A stretch of 64,000 bases of DNA from IMG/VR virus record IMGVR_UViG_3300028364_000014, positions 173,911-237,910 of that record. The stretch is one strand, 5' to 3'. The notes beneath the pieces are model-generated. The model searched no databases, was not told where the DNA came from, and was given only the letters and a program-made list of their open reading frames with translations. A program made the position numbers and the translations under genes. This document shows, piece after piece, positions 47,690-56,701 of this stretch (positions within the stretch are counted from its first letter, which is position 1; each line of letters begins with the position of its first letter).

Positions 47690-48015
47690 TAGTCTTCTCC
47701 TTTTATTATAATAAATGTGTCCACAAAAACTTCAGTCCAGTACTTTTTATCGGGTCCATTACAGTGCCTACACTTCCCATTAAAAGAACTCTCTTCGATA
47801 TGTCCGTGCAATTTTATGTACGAATTTTTAGGTACTTCATCCAACGCATCGGCTAAATCATTCCAAGCTGCTATTTTTATATATTGATAAGTATTATCTG
47901 GCGTAGGTATAGCCAAACTTCCTTTAAATAAACTAGTATTGTATTGACCAACCTGCTGTAACTTAGGTCTTGTTATCTTACCTTGTAGAATTACAAAATT
48001 TTCACCTTGTGGCAT
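47689..48015 (-). CDS. ssb: single-stranded DNA-binding (OB-fold) protein
   Basis: NFVILQGKI...P...AW..LA...K...I.L.G...TEV. Confidence 0.7.
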   Translation of the reverse strand: MPQGENFVILQGKITRPKLQQVGQYNTSLFKGSLAIPTPDNTYQYIKIAAWNDLADALDEVPKNSYIKLHGHIEESSFNGKCRHCNGPDKKYWTEVFVDTFIIIKGED

Positions 48016-48050
48016 TATTCGTCTCCTTTAATTAATCTTAATTATAGTAT

Positions 48051-48078
48051 AATATAGTACATTTTATGGATTTGTCAA
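48051..48078 (-). promoter_or_regulatory. promoter TTGACA-N16-TATATT, identical over 36 bp to the copy at 9653-9688
   Basis: 48049-48084 equals 9653-9688. Confidence 0.8.
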
Positions 48079-48086
48079 GTAAATCT

Positions 48087-48938
48087 TTAGGCTTTATTAC
48101 ACCTAAGTTCATAATACCCACAGCCAGGTAATTTATGCACCTTTTTATGGCACGTTTTACAAAGTGTGACGGTATTAGTTACATCATTGCCCAAACGTAG
48201 ATTTTGGGCATATCCTTCAATATGATGACAGTGTAGTGGTGCATTTTCTTGACTAGCTCCGCAGATCTGACATCTCCAATTGTCTCGTTCAAAACACATT
48301 TGTCTAACTAAAGGGTTGACTTCACGAGATGTTACTTTTTTAAAACCTTTAGGGTACTTCTTTTGATTGTATATTGGGCAAGACGTTTTACAACTATCTG
48401 AACAATAAATAAACACATCACCAAGTTTAACACTATTCAATGCATTAATCCTGTGCCTTACTGCTATATTAGTAGGTATAAAATACTTACCACAATACTT
48501 ACATTTAACTTCTAAAGAGATACCATCTTTAGAAAGTCTGGGTGATTCAGCTACTGTTAGCTTTTTACCATAAGTCTCATACACAGCCTTAGAAAGTCTA
48601 TAGTCATCAGCCATTTTAATAATTTTTTCTTTATTAGCTTGATAATATTTCTTTTTATACTTGGTATAAACTTCTTTATTATTCTTATAATGTTGTTTAA
48701 TACGAATAAGTATTTTTTCTTTGTTTTCTTGTCTATATATTTTTGACTGTAGAGCTATTGACCTCTTATTCCTTTCATAATAACGTTTACTATATTCCCT
48801 CATTTCTTCTCTTTTTTCTTTCCTGTCTTCTTTTCTACACTCTTTACATCTATTAGCAATACCAGAACTACGTGACTTATTTTTATTAAATTCATTTTCA
48901 TCCTTATGAATTTTACACTTCGAACATCTTTTTCTCAT
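48087..48938 (-). CDS. HNH homing endonuclease (paralog of 9679-10542)
   Basis: SREVNPLVRQMCFERDNW.CQICG...LHCHHIEGY...LCKTCH..VH. Confidence 0.85.
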   Translation of the reverse strand: MRKRCSKCKIHKDENEFNKNKSRSSGIANRCKECRKEDRKEKREEMREYSKRYYERNKRSIALQSKIYRQENKEKILIRIKQHYKNNKEVYTKYKKKYYQANKEKIIKMADDYRLSKAVYETYGKKLTVAESPRLSKDGISLEVKCKYCGKYFIPTNIAVRHRINALNSVKLGDVFIYCSDSCKTSCPIYNQKKYPKGFKKVTSREVNPLVRQMCFERDNWRCQICGASQENAPLHCHHIEGYAQNLRLGNDVTNTVTLCKTCHKKVHKLPGCGYYELRCNKA

Positions 48939-49988
48939 TCAAACGGTTTTCCTCCTCATATAACTCTCTAGGTAGTAAAATATTTGTTCATCAGTTAAAT
49001 CGGCTGGATCAAGCCCTTTGCCTTGTTTATCTACCTCTGTTATTATTTCTGCATATATAGGTAACTTACCTTCTAGTAGATCTATAGACCGCCCAATAGC
49101 GGAAACCCCAGCCACATCACCATCATAAAATAAAGCTACCCCTTTATGCGCGTATGAACATAATAAATCAGCTTGTCCTGTGGTTATACCTGCGCCCATA
49201 CAAGCCACTACATTCTTAATACCTAAACTATACAGTCTCCAAACACTCTTAAACCCCTCCACTATAATAATAGGCACCTCTGCCCCAAGCTCTTTAATAT
49301 TATGTAAGTTATAAAGCACGGTATTTTTGTCGAATCCTGGAGTAAGTTTATATTTTTGGTCTGTATTGATAGGGTTAGCCCGTATATCTCTTAAACTATA
49401 CGCGACTAATAAACTCTTATCATCTCTAATAGGTATAATATCTCTTACAAGCCCATCACGATCAGTATACCCACCAGCTATTTCAAAAAAATCTAGAGTG
49501 TCTACACTAAATCCATCCTCTATAAAAAAAGAAGATCTGTATGGTTTATAATATTTTAATTTAATCTCATCTACTACAGAAGGGCGCTCAGTTGAATTAC
49601 CGTAAGTATTAATAAAATCTTTTCTTTCTTTTTGTTCTTTAAATCGTATCAAATCAGTTTTATTAATGCTTTTACTACCAGTTAAATCCTCTAAATAATC
49701 TAATGCGTCCATAAACCCGCAGTCATTTACTGATCTTACTAAACCAAACATATCATTTCCATAAGCCTTCTGACACCCGTGAGTGAAACAAACCCAAGTT
49801 TTTAAATCCTTATTAAGTCTAAAACTAGTAGTATTATCACCACCATGTATTATACAAGCGGCTCTTAATTCCTTAGAAGTTTCTCTCGCAACTGTAAATC
49901 CAAGCTGACTAACTAGATAAGCTGGATCAATTAATTGTTTAACTGTGGCTACTCTGTCTTTAAAACTACTGTCTTTAGGAAAGCTCAT
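48939..49988 (-). CDS. dnaG: DNA primase (CHC2 Zn finger plus TOPRIM)
   Basis: CIIHGGDN...CFTHGC; IVEG; YDGD.AG. Confidence 0.88.
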   Translation of the reverse strand: MSFPKDSSFKDRVATVKQLIDPAYLVSQLGFTVARETSKELRAACIIHGGDNTTSFRLNKDLKTWVCFTHGCQKAYGNDMFGLVRSVNDCGFMDALDYLEDLTGSKSINKTDLIRFKEQKERKDFINTYGNSTERPSVVDEIKLKYYKPYRSSFFIEDGFSVDTLDFFEIAGGYTDRDGLVRDIIPIRDDKSLLVAYSLRDIRANPINTDQKYKLTPGFDKNTVLYNLHNIKELGAEVPIIIVEGFKSVWRLYSLGIKNVVACMGAGITTGQADLLCSYAHKGVALFYDGDVAGVSAIGRSIDLLEGKLPIYAEIITEVDKQGKGLDPADLTDEQIFYYLESYMRRKTV

Positions 49989-51390
49989 CTAGTACCTCCG
50001 TATTATACCTAGCCTCATCAGCATCTTCATGGTTGGTTACCTCATCCCCTGAAGTTATAAAGTATTGATCTGGTGCTTTAACTTCTCTAATATCTAGATG
50101 CTGTTTAAAAAACCAGTAACCTATACCTTCTGGACCAGTACTTCCACCTCGTCTAGTATCTTTAATGGTAAGCTTATAGTTACCACACTCAAGCCCACCC
50201 ATCTTACGCTCTTCTTCTGTACGCGCGCCCCATAAAGCAATAACATCACCAAAACGCGCTATTCTATCACTATCGGCAATATCATTTTGCCTATTGAGCT
50301 GTACCGCAGTCAGTGCAGGTATATCCAGAGAACCCGCTAAATCCTTAAGTTTTGTAGTAATATCACCAAGTAACTGATGTTCTTTCCTATTACCATCAGT
50401 CGTAGATAAATCAGGTTCTTTAATGTAGTCAAATACAATTAATCCAATGTTTTCTTTAATTTTCATTTTTTTACACATAGCCACTACCTTATCTACACTA
50501 TACCCTGGCATATACATATGAAATAATTTACCATTAGCAGTCAAATTTTGAGCATATTTCATCTTAGAATACTGCTCAGGGTTCCATCCTCCGTGCTTAA
50601 CGTCTCTTTCTTTAACACCAGACAGTTTAGATAAAGCCCTAGTTCGCCATTCACTAAAAGTTAACTCAGTATCAATATATAAAACAGGTACATGCTCATT
50701 GAACGCGGCGTGAATGGCTATATTAGTTAGATAAGCACTCTTACCCATCTTCTTTCTTGCTGCTATTACAGTTAAAGTTCCTGGTATTAATCCATCTATT
50801 TGTCTGTCTAAAATAGGAAATCCCGAAGATAAGCCGGTCATAGTTATTTTTGAATTAAGCCTATCCTCCATAAATTTATCTAAACCATTACCTAAATCTA
50901 CAGGGTCTCCATTATTTTTAAAGCCAGTGGTCATATCTAACATACTTGTTTCTACATGACCAATCAAATCATTTCCAGAGACGCCGTCTTTAGCATTACC
51001 CTCTACTAAAGTTATATGCTGTTTAAGAGCTACGTATAACTTAAATTTAGTACTTGCCTCGGTAATATTATCTAAATACACATTAAAATTGGAATCCGAA
51101 GTAACAATATTTCCTATGGATTGCAGATATCCGACACCACCTAGCATGTCTAGAACTTCGTTATTCTGAGCTTGGGTAATGACCATTGCCAAATCAATAG
51201 AAGTTATCCCCCTGTTAACTAAATCCTTCATCAAAGCAAATAATAACTGATGCGGTTCAGAAAGAAAATCAAACTCATTTATTTTAGACGAAAGATCATA
51301 AAAATAGTCTACACTTTTAAAACAGTATGATAGTACAATCCTTTCATCCGCCGGTCTACAAAATTTATTTTTTATTTCGTCTATATTCAA
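49975..51390 (-). CDS. dnaB: replicative DNA helicase DnaB-like
   Basis: G...LD...G..PG.L.VIAARKKMGKS, IDTE, VFDYI, QLNR. Confidence 0.9.
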   Translation of the reverse strand: MNIDEIKNKFCRPADERIVLSYCFKSVDYFYDLSSKINEFDFLSEPHQLLFALMKDLVNRGITSIDLAMVITQAQNNEVLDMLGGVGYLQSIGNIVTSDSNFNVYLDNITEASTKFKLYVALKQHITLVEGNAKDGVSGNDLIGHVETSMLDMTTGFKNNGDPVDLGNGLDKFMEDRLNSKITMTGLSSGFPILDRQIDGLIPGTLTVIAARKKMGKSAYLTNIAIHAAFNEHVPVLYIDTELTFSEWRTRALSKLSGVKERDVKHGGWNPEQYSKMKYAQNLTANGKLFHMYMPGYSVDKVVAMCKKMKIKENIGLIVFDYIKEPDLSTTDGNRKEHQLLGDITTKLKDLAGSLDIPALTAVQLNRQNDIADSDRIARFGDVIALWGARTEEERKMGGLECGNYKLTIKDTRRGGSTGPEGIGYWFFKQHLDIREVKAPDQYFITSGDEVTNHEDADEARYNTEVLDELS

Positions 51391-51392
51391 TA

Positions 51393-51851
51393 TTATTTCC
51401 TCTCTGCTCTTATAGCGTATAATTCGTTCTCTCTTCTTGTCAATTCTCTTTTAAATGTAGCAATATACTCACTTATCGTTTTATCAATTCCATCTAATTT
51501 TATTAACTCTAACTTTAATTCGTCTATTTGATCATTTAGCCTAGATAAATCCACATTAGTACTAATAAGATAGTCTGTAGCGGCAGATTTAGTCTTATAT
51601 TGTTTTAGTACTTCTTTGTCGAGAACTATAGCTATAGAGGACTCAAAGAGTTTATTTTTTTTAGCAATTTCAGCTTTAGTTTGATTTTGTTCAGACTTAA
51701 AATAAATTAAAAACTGAGCTAGTGCAATTGAGTACATACTAATAGTTGCCCCATCTAGATTATTAAGACTTCTAGGGTTAAAATTCCAAATCTCATCAAC
51801 AAGGGTGTTATTTATTTTTATATTTTGAAAGGATGTTATTGCTTGGTCCAT
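51393..51851 (-). CDS. coiled-coil hypothetical protein (possibly UvsY-like)
   Basis: Helical, heptad-rich, lies between RecA and DnaB. Confidence 0.4.
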   Translation of the reverse strand: MDQAITSFQNIKINNTLVDEIWNFNPRSLNNLDGATISMYSIALAQFLIYFKSEQNQTKAEIAKKNKLFESSIAIVLDKEVLKQYKTKSAATDYLISTNVDLSRLNDQIDELKLELIKLDGIDKTISEYIATFKRELTRRENELYAIRAERK

Positions 51852-51859
51852 ACTACCTC

Positions 51860-52162
51860 CTATGATGCTTTATCATCACCATCTATTCTTTCTTCGTATG
51901 ATCTGTGGTCATGTTTACCAGTGCAATAATAGTCCCATTCCACTACTTTATTAGTTTTAGGATCAATTACAGGGCAGTAATGATTCTCCATTGGTACCGC
52001 TACCCCGTTCACATAATCAGCTTGTATACAAAACTTACTAAGGTCGCAATATTTACTATCCCCGAGGATTGTTCCATCCCTGAGACAACAGAAGTCTTTA
52101 CAGTCTTTATTGTACTTAGTAGAATCAGACGTAATTAAAGTATTTACATCGTATTTATTCAT
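51860..52162 (-). CDS. Cys-rich hypothetical protein
   Basis: 100 aa with seven Cys. Confidence 0.5.
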   Translation of the reverse strand: MNKYDVNTLITSDSTKYNKDCKDFCCLRDGTILGDSKYCDLSKFCIQADYVNGVAVPMENHYCPVIDPKTNKVVEWDYYCTGKHDHRSYEERIDGDDKAS

Positions 52163-52166
52163 AACA

Positions 52167-53210
52167 TTATCCTTTATCGTTAAAATATCTTCTATATATA
52201 ACAGCCTGATACCAGGCTTTATGCCATGTTCTATCTTTATTGGCCTTAGAATTACACGAACGGCACACAGTTATTAAATTATTTGGTTTACAGTTCTTTT
52301 TATTATAATCAATGTGATGGATGGTTAGATCCCTTGAATCAGGTGAGTCACAGTAGGGGTTTAAACATTTATTCCCGTCTCTATTTCTTATATCTTTTTT
52401 ATATTCTAAATCTTTCCAAGCTTCGCAATACGGTTCAAAAGAAATACCTCCTTTCCAAGACGGATGATTTTCTCCCATATTATTAATACAGTAACAAGTA
52501 GGACATCTAACCCCTCTAGCCCAATCAGTCCATATTATACTATGCTTGTGACCGTTATGACAAATATATTTTAACTTAGTGTGATTATTAATATATTTAG
52601 TACTTAGTAATATGTAGCCCGCAGACTCGAACGAATTTCTCACATCTTTAATAGTTTTTTTTATTTTTTTAGAGCAATAAGGACATCTCCTACCAATGCC
52701 CCATTTACCAAATGATATGGAATGTCTGTGCCCTTTAGGACAAACATACTTTAACTTAGTTCTATTATTTATATACTCTTTACTAAGTAATATATACCCT
52801 TCTTTCTCAAAAGAATATTTTACAAAATCATATGTGGGTTTTATATTTCCATTACAATACCAACATCTTTTACCATAATGCCAATCAGTCCAAGTAATAG
52901 AATGCTTATGCCCCTTAGAACAAATATAATCTAACTTAGTGTAAGCGTTTTTATACTCATTGCTAAGAAGTACATAACCCTCTTTCTCAAAAGATTTTCT
53001 AACTTGTTCTATATCTAATTTAGTATTTCCGTAACAATAAGGACATCTATTACCTAAGGTATTCCAACAGTTCCAAGATACCCTATGTATATGTCCTTTA
53101 GGACAAAGATAATCTAGCTTAGTCTTATTATTTTTATACTCCTTACTAAGGAGGGTGTACCCCTCCTTTTCAAAAGATTTTTTAATAAAATCATAGGTTA
53201 ATTTCTTCAT
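52167..53210 (-). CDS. Zn-ribbon-repeat HNH endonuclease (4 repeats)
   Basis: Same family as 21134-22345. Confidence 0.85.
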   Translation of the reverse strand: MKKLTYDFIKKSFEKEGYTLLSKEYKNNKTKLDYLCPKGHIHRVSWNCWNTLGNRCPYCYGNTKLDIEQVRKSFEKEGYVLLSNEYKNAYTKLDYICSKGHKHSITWTDWHYGKRCWYCNGNIKPTYDFVKYSFEKEGYILLSKEYINNRTKLKYVCPKGHRHSISFGKWGIGRRCPYCSKKIKKTIKDVRNSFESAGYILLSTKYINNHTKLKYICHNGHKHSIIWTDWARGVRCPTCYCINNMGENHPSWKGGISFEPYCEAWKDLEYKKDIRNRDGNKCLNPYCDSPDSRDLTIHHIDYNKKNCKPNNLITVCRSCNSKANKDRTWHKAWYQAVIYRRYFNDKG

Positions 53211-53587
53211 TTCTTTTTTCTACCTGAATAATTTGTTCCATTGTTCATAGCTTCAGTAATTCTGGTAAGCATAAGGTCTTCCGTAATTTCATCATCGTAG
53301 TTTATATAAACTAAATAAAAATCTTCTTCTTGTATATATTCTATCTTTAGATTATCCCTGTTTACTTGCCCTTGAAATTTTTCTTTGTCCCCATGAAAAT
53401 GACTAACAAATTTAAAATGCTGTTGCCCCTGTACTTCCACGAATAAACGCAGTTCTCTCACATAAAAATCAAAAAACAGTTTATGCTTTTTGTAATTAAT
53501 AAAATGCTCTTCAAAAATACGTTTATTTGGTACTGCCGGAAAAAGCTTCACCAGTATAGATTGGACCAGTTTGGCAATGTAGCTCAT
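53207..53587 (-). CDS. Vsr/DUF559-like PD-(D/E)xK endonuclease
   Basis: FDFY...FVEVQG.QH...D..K. Confidence 0.7.
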   Translation of the reverse strand: MSYIAKLVQSILVKLFPAVPNKRIFEEHFINYKKHKLFFDFYVRELRLFVEVQGQQHFKFVSHFHGDKEKFQGQVNRDNLKIEYIQEEDFYLVYINYDDEITEDLMLTRITEAMNNGTNYSGRKKK

Positions 53588-54680
53588 AAGCCTCTTTTAA
53601 ACCAGAAAGATTTTTAATTTCTTCAACCACTTTATTAAATAACTCTTCATTGGTTCTTAATGTTTCTAATACATTGATTTCACCTTGGCCTATATTTTCA
53701 TCATTGTACTTAAACCAAGAACCAGCTTTCTCAATTATATTAAGACTGGTTGCCATAGACAAAACTTCCCAATACATATCGTACCCTTTACCATAAACCA
53801 ACCGCAATGTGGCTTTTCTGAATGGCTCACCAAGTTTATTTTTTACTACTTCGTGTATAGCCTCATGCCCTATAATCTCCCCAGTTACTGGATCGGCGAT
53901 TCTACGAGATCTTGCTTCTGGACCTTTCAAAGAAATCCTACCTGTAGCATAAAAGCCTAAACTTTCACCACCACTTGTAGTATCCGGTGGAGCATACGGA
54001 GATAGATTTTTCCTAATCTGATTAACAAAAATTAATAACGTCTGTGTTTCAGCGGCTTGAGGAGATATCTTTCGTAATGCTTTACTCATCAACCTAGCCT
54101 GTAAAGCCATAGTATCTTTCTCAATTTCTGCTTGAGCTTCGGCATTGGGGATCAGCGCAGAGACACTATCAACTACAATAACATCGTATGCCCCTGTCTT
54201 AATCAACCTCTCAAGAATATCTAGGTTAGGTTCTCCGCCATATACCTGAACTAGCTCAAGTTTTTCAGAATCAACTCCGTACCTTTCAAAAAGTTTAGGA
54301 TCAACAGCCTGTTCGGCATCCAAATAAGCACACTTCATACCCCTTTTCTGAGCCTGTATAACCACACTGACACCCAGTGTACTCTTTCCACTTGAATTGG
54401 GACCATACACCTCATAAACGCGCCCTAATGCCATACCCCCTCTACCTAATGCCAAGTCAAGACTTAATGAGCCAGTACTAATTGTCCTAATACTGTTTTG
54501 ACTCTCAGAAAGCGGTTTTAATATGTCACCATACTTCTTTTTAATGGCAGCTAAAGCGAACTCTCTAGTTTTATCCATTATAACAAGCTCTACTTTCTTT
54601 TTTGTATCTGTGTCTATTTTCTTTTTAACTTTAGCTTCTTCAGCTTTAGTAAGCTTCTCAACATTTTTTTTATCACTCAT
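53523..54680 (-). CDS. recA: RecA-family recombinase
   Basis: STGSLSLDLALG, YGPNSSGKST, DAEQA, VVDSV, QARLMSKALRK, NQIR, GSWF. Confidence 0.95.
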   Translation of the reverse strand: MSDKKNVEKLTKAEEAKVKKKIDTDTKKKVELVIMDKTREFALAAIKKKYGDILKPLSESQNSIRTISTGSLSLDLALGRGGMALGRVYEVYGPNSSGKSTLGVSVVIQAQKRGMKCAYLDAEQAVDPKLFERYGVDSEKLELVQVYGGEPNLDILERLIKTGAYDVIVVDSVSALIPNAEAQAEIEKDTMALQARLMSKALRKISPQAAETQTLLIFVNQIRKNLSPYAPPDTTSGGESLGFYATGRISLKGPEARSRRIADPVTGEIIGHEAIHEVVKNKLGEPFRKATLRLVYGKGYDMYWEVLSMATSLNIIEKAGSWFKYNDENIGQGEINVLETLRTNEELFNKVVEEIKNLSGLKEAYELHCQTGPIYTGEAFSGSTK

Positions 54681-55288
54681 CTATGGCTATCTATCTCCTC
54701 TGATATTTGTTGTAAATTCGGTAAACCAAACTCCACCTCGTGGGTTCTTAAATATTCTTCTGCCTGTAAATCAGCCAACCATACTAAACGGTCCTCGTTC
54801 TTATTAAAATTATTCATAATCTGTAAAGCTTTTTCAGTAATCCAACCTAACTTATCTTGACCGAACATTGCAAAAGATACAAATATTTCATTATTAAATT
54901 TAAATTCCTCTTCATTATTAAACACTGTAGTAACAATCATAGCACACTTAATTAACGACTCTTTATACCCTAATCCAGTAGAATCACTAATCTTTTTTAC
55001 AAAGTGCTTTGCAATAGATCCATCCTTCTTGGTATCCCGATATGCAGTAAGTTCTGGATGTTTATGGTATAAGACACAATAAAAGTGCTCAATTAAATCA
55101 GATAATTTTTTTATATCTTTATAACCTTTAGGAGGGGAAATAATAGCCATCCCTTCATCTTTTAATATTTTCCTACAGGTACTAATCAACATATTAAGTT
55201 TATCTTCTTCTGGGATCATAACCAACTGAGTTAACTCCGCTAACATCGCATATAATTCTACTGAATACCTATCTAAATTAGTCGTCAC
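54677..55288 (-). CDS. hypothetical protein (GTG start)
   Basis: 203 aa ORF between dnaN and recA. Confidence 0.55.
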   Translation of the reverse strand: MTTNLDRYSVELYAMLAELTQLVMIPEEDKLNMLISTCRKILKDEGMAIISPPKGYKDIKKLSDLIEHFYCVLYHKHPELTAYRDTKKDGSIAKHFVKKISDSTGLGYKESLIKCAMIVTTVFNNEEEFKFNNEIFVSFAMFGQDKLGWITEKALQIMNNFNKNEDRLVWLADLQAEEYLRTHEVEFGLPNLQQISEEIDSHR

Positions 55289-55289
55289 A

Positions 55290-56513
55290 TTATCTCCTGA
55301 CTAAGTTTACTACATAAGCTTTTTGATCGTCATAGCCTTTAGAAACTACAATCAGCCCATTTTTTTCATCTAAACACTTTAATTCCACATTATCATCTGT
55401 CATAGAATGCAGTGTATTCAATAAATCTTTACCGTCCACGTCTAAAATAAAATCAATATCCTTATTACCTACATTATCATACTCAAATAAAGAATTATCA
55501 GTACTCAACGATAGTTTATTATCGTTAACTTTTAAACTTACCCTATTATAATCCTCACCATTAAGTACGTCTACAAAAGAAGATAAACCATTAACTAACA
55601 TCTCTCTATTAATTTCCACAGTTTTATCAAAAACATCAAACATTTTTTGGTAATTAGGGTAGGTTTTTAGTACATTACTTTCTCCCCAAAATAAAACGTT
55701 ATCAAACGATACTTTAATCGATCTATCACTAAATTCCATAAAAAGTTGTGCGTCATCTATAAGTACACGGCGGAGCCCCATAATAAAACTGTGTTTTAAT
55801 AAGTATTCTTGATCTTCAATAGTATTTTCATTTTTAACTATAAACTCAGAAATAAGTTTACCGTTAGTACTCACAAAATTTATCTTATCCTTAGAAAAAG
55901 CCATACGAATCCCTTTAATATACGCCGTAGGGCCATTAGGATCTACAGCATATAAGACTTTATCAATCGCTGACTTAATTATGCTTGAATTTAAAATGAG
56001 ATTGGGTTGATCTATCGTAGATATAGCAATAAATCTAGCAGCTTTAATAGTATCTAATTTAAGGTTAGACTTAGAAGTGCTGTCATCTAAATGACTGTTT
56101 ATAACCTTAACATGTAGGCGTGGAGGTTTAGAAATAAAATGAAAATCTTTAACTCCAATCTCCCCATCCCAAGACGCAAATGTCATAATATAAGATTTAA
56201 TTTTACTAAAAATTACAGTTTGTTCACCGGGCTTTACTACTTTGGCAGGAACTTTACAAGAAATGCCTGTTTTACCATTGTTTGAAAGAAAAAGGACAGA
56301 GTCTTCTTCAGCTTTTATAACAATCTGCCCCTCAAATGAAGTAGTGTTCATTTTAGCTGTAACACTTAACAGCTTAATAGCACGCTGAGCTTCGTGCGTT
56401 TTAACAAAAAATTCCATTAATACCCCTTTTAAATTAATTATCTCTATTAGTATATCCATAGATAAACTAGTTAAATATGGATACTCCAAAACCATACATA
56501 CAATATAACTCAC
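55290..56513 (-). CDS. dnaN: DNA polymerase III beta sliding clamp (probable start 56417)
   Basis: Three-domain clamp pattern: STNG..IS, YPNY..MF, F.LDV..K.L...L; about 375 aa from 56417. Confidence 0.85.
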   Translation of the reverse strand: MSYIVCMVLEYPYLTSLSMDILIEIINLKGVLMEFFVKTHEAQRAIKLLSVTAKMNTTSFEGQIVIKAEEDSVLFLSNNGKTGISCKVPAKVVKPGEQTVIFSKIKSYIMTFASWDGEIGVKDFHFISKPPRLHVKVINSHLDDSTSKSNLKLDTIKAARFIAISTIDQPNLILNSSIIKSAIDKVLYAVDPNGPTAYIKGIRMAFSKDKINFVSTNGKLISEFIVKNENTIEDQEYLLKHSFIMGLRRVLIDDAQLFMEFSDRSIKVSFDNVLFWGESNVLKTYPNYQKMFDVFDKTVEINREMLVNGLSSFVDVLNGEDYNRVSLKVNDNKLSLSTDNSLFEYDNVGNKDIDFILDVDGKDLLNTLHSMTDDNVELKCLDEKNGLIVVSKGYDDQKAYVVNLVRR

Positions 56514-56698
56514 TTTTTAGATTTGTCAAGTAGTTACTTTAATTTAATTAAATAGTATATATATAGATATATATATTGAAATAAACAGGTATAATATAAT
56601 CACCTTTTCTAGTTTGTCAAGAACTTATTTTAGACTTAGCTAAATAATGTATGTCGAGGTGAACAGGTATAATATAACACAGAAATGCTACTTGTCAA
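56502..56698 (-). promoter_or_regulatory. three tandem TTGACA-N16-TATATT promoters heading the replication block
   Basis: Copies at 56502-56529, 56593-56620, 56671-56698. Confidence 0.85.
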
Positions 56699-56701
56699 GA
56701 G

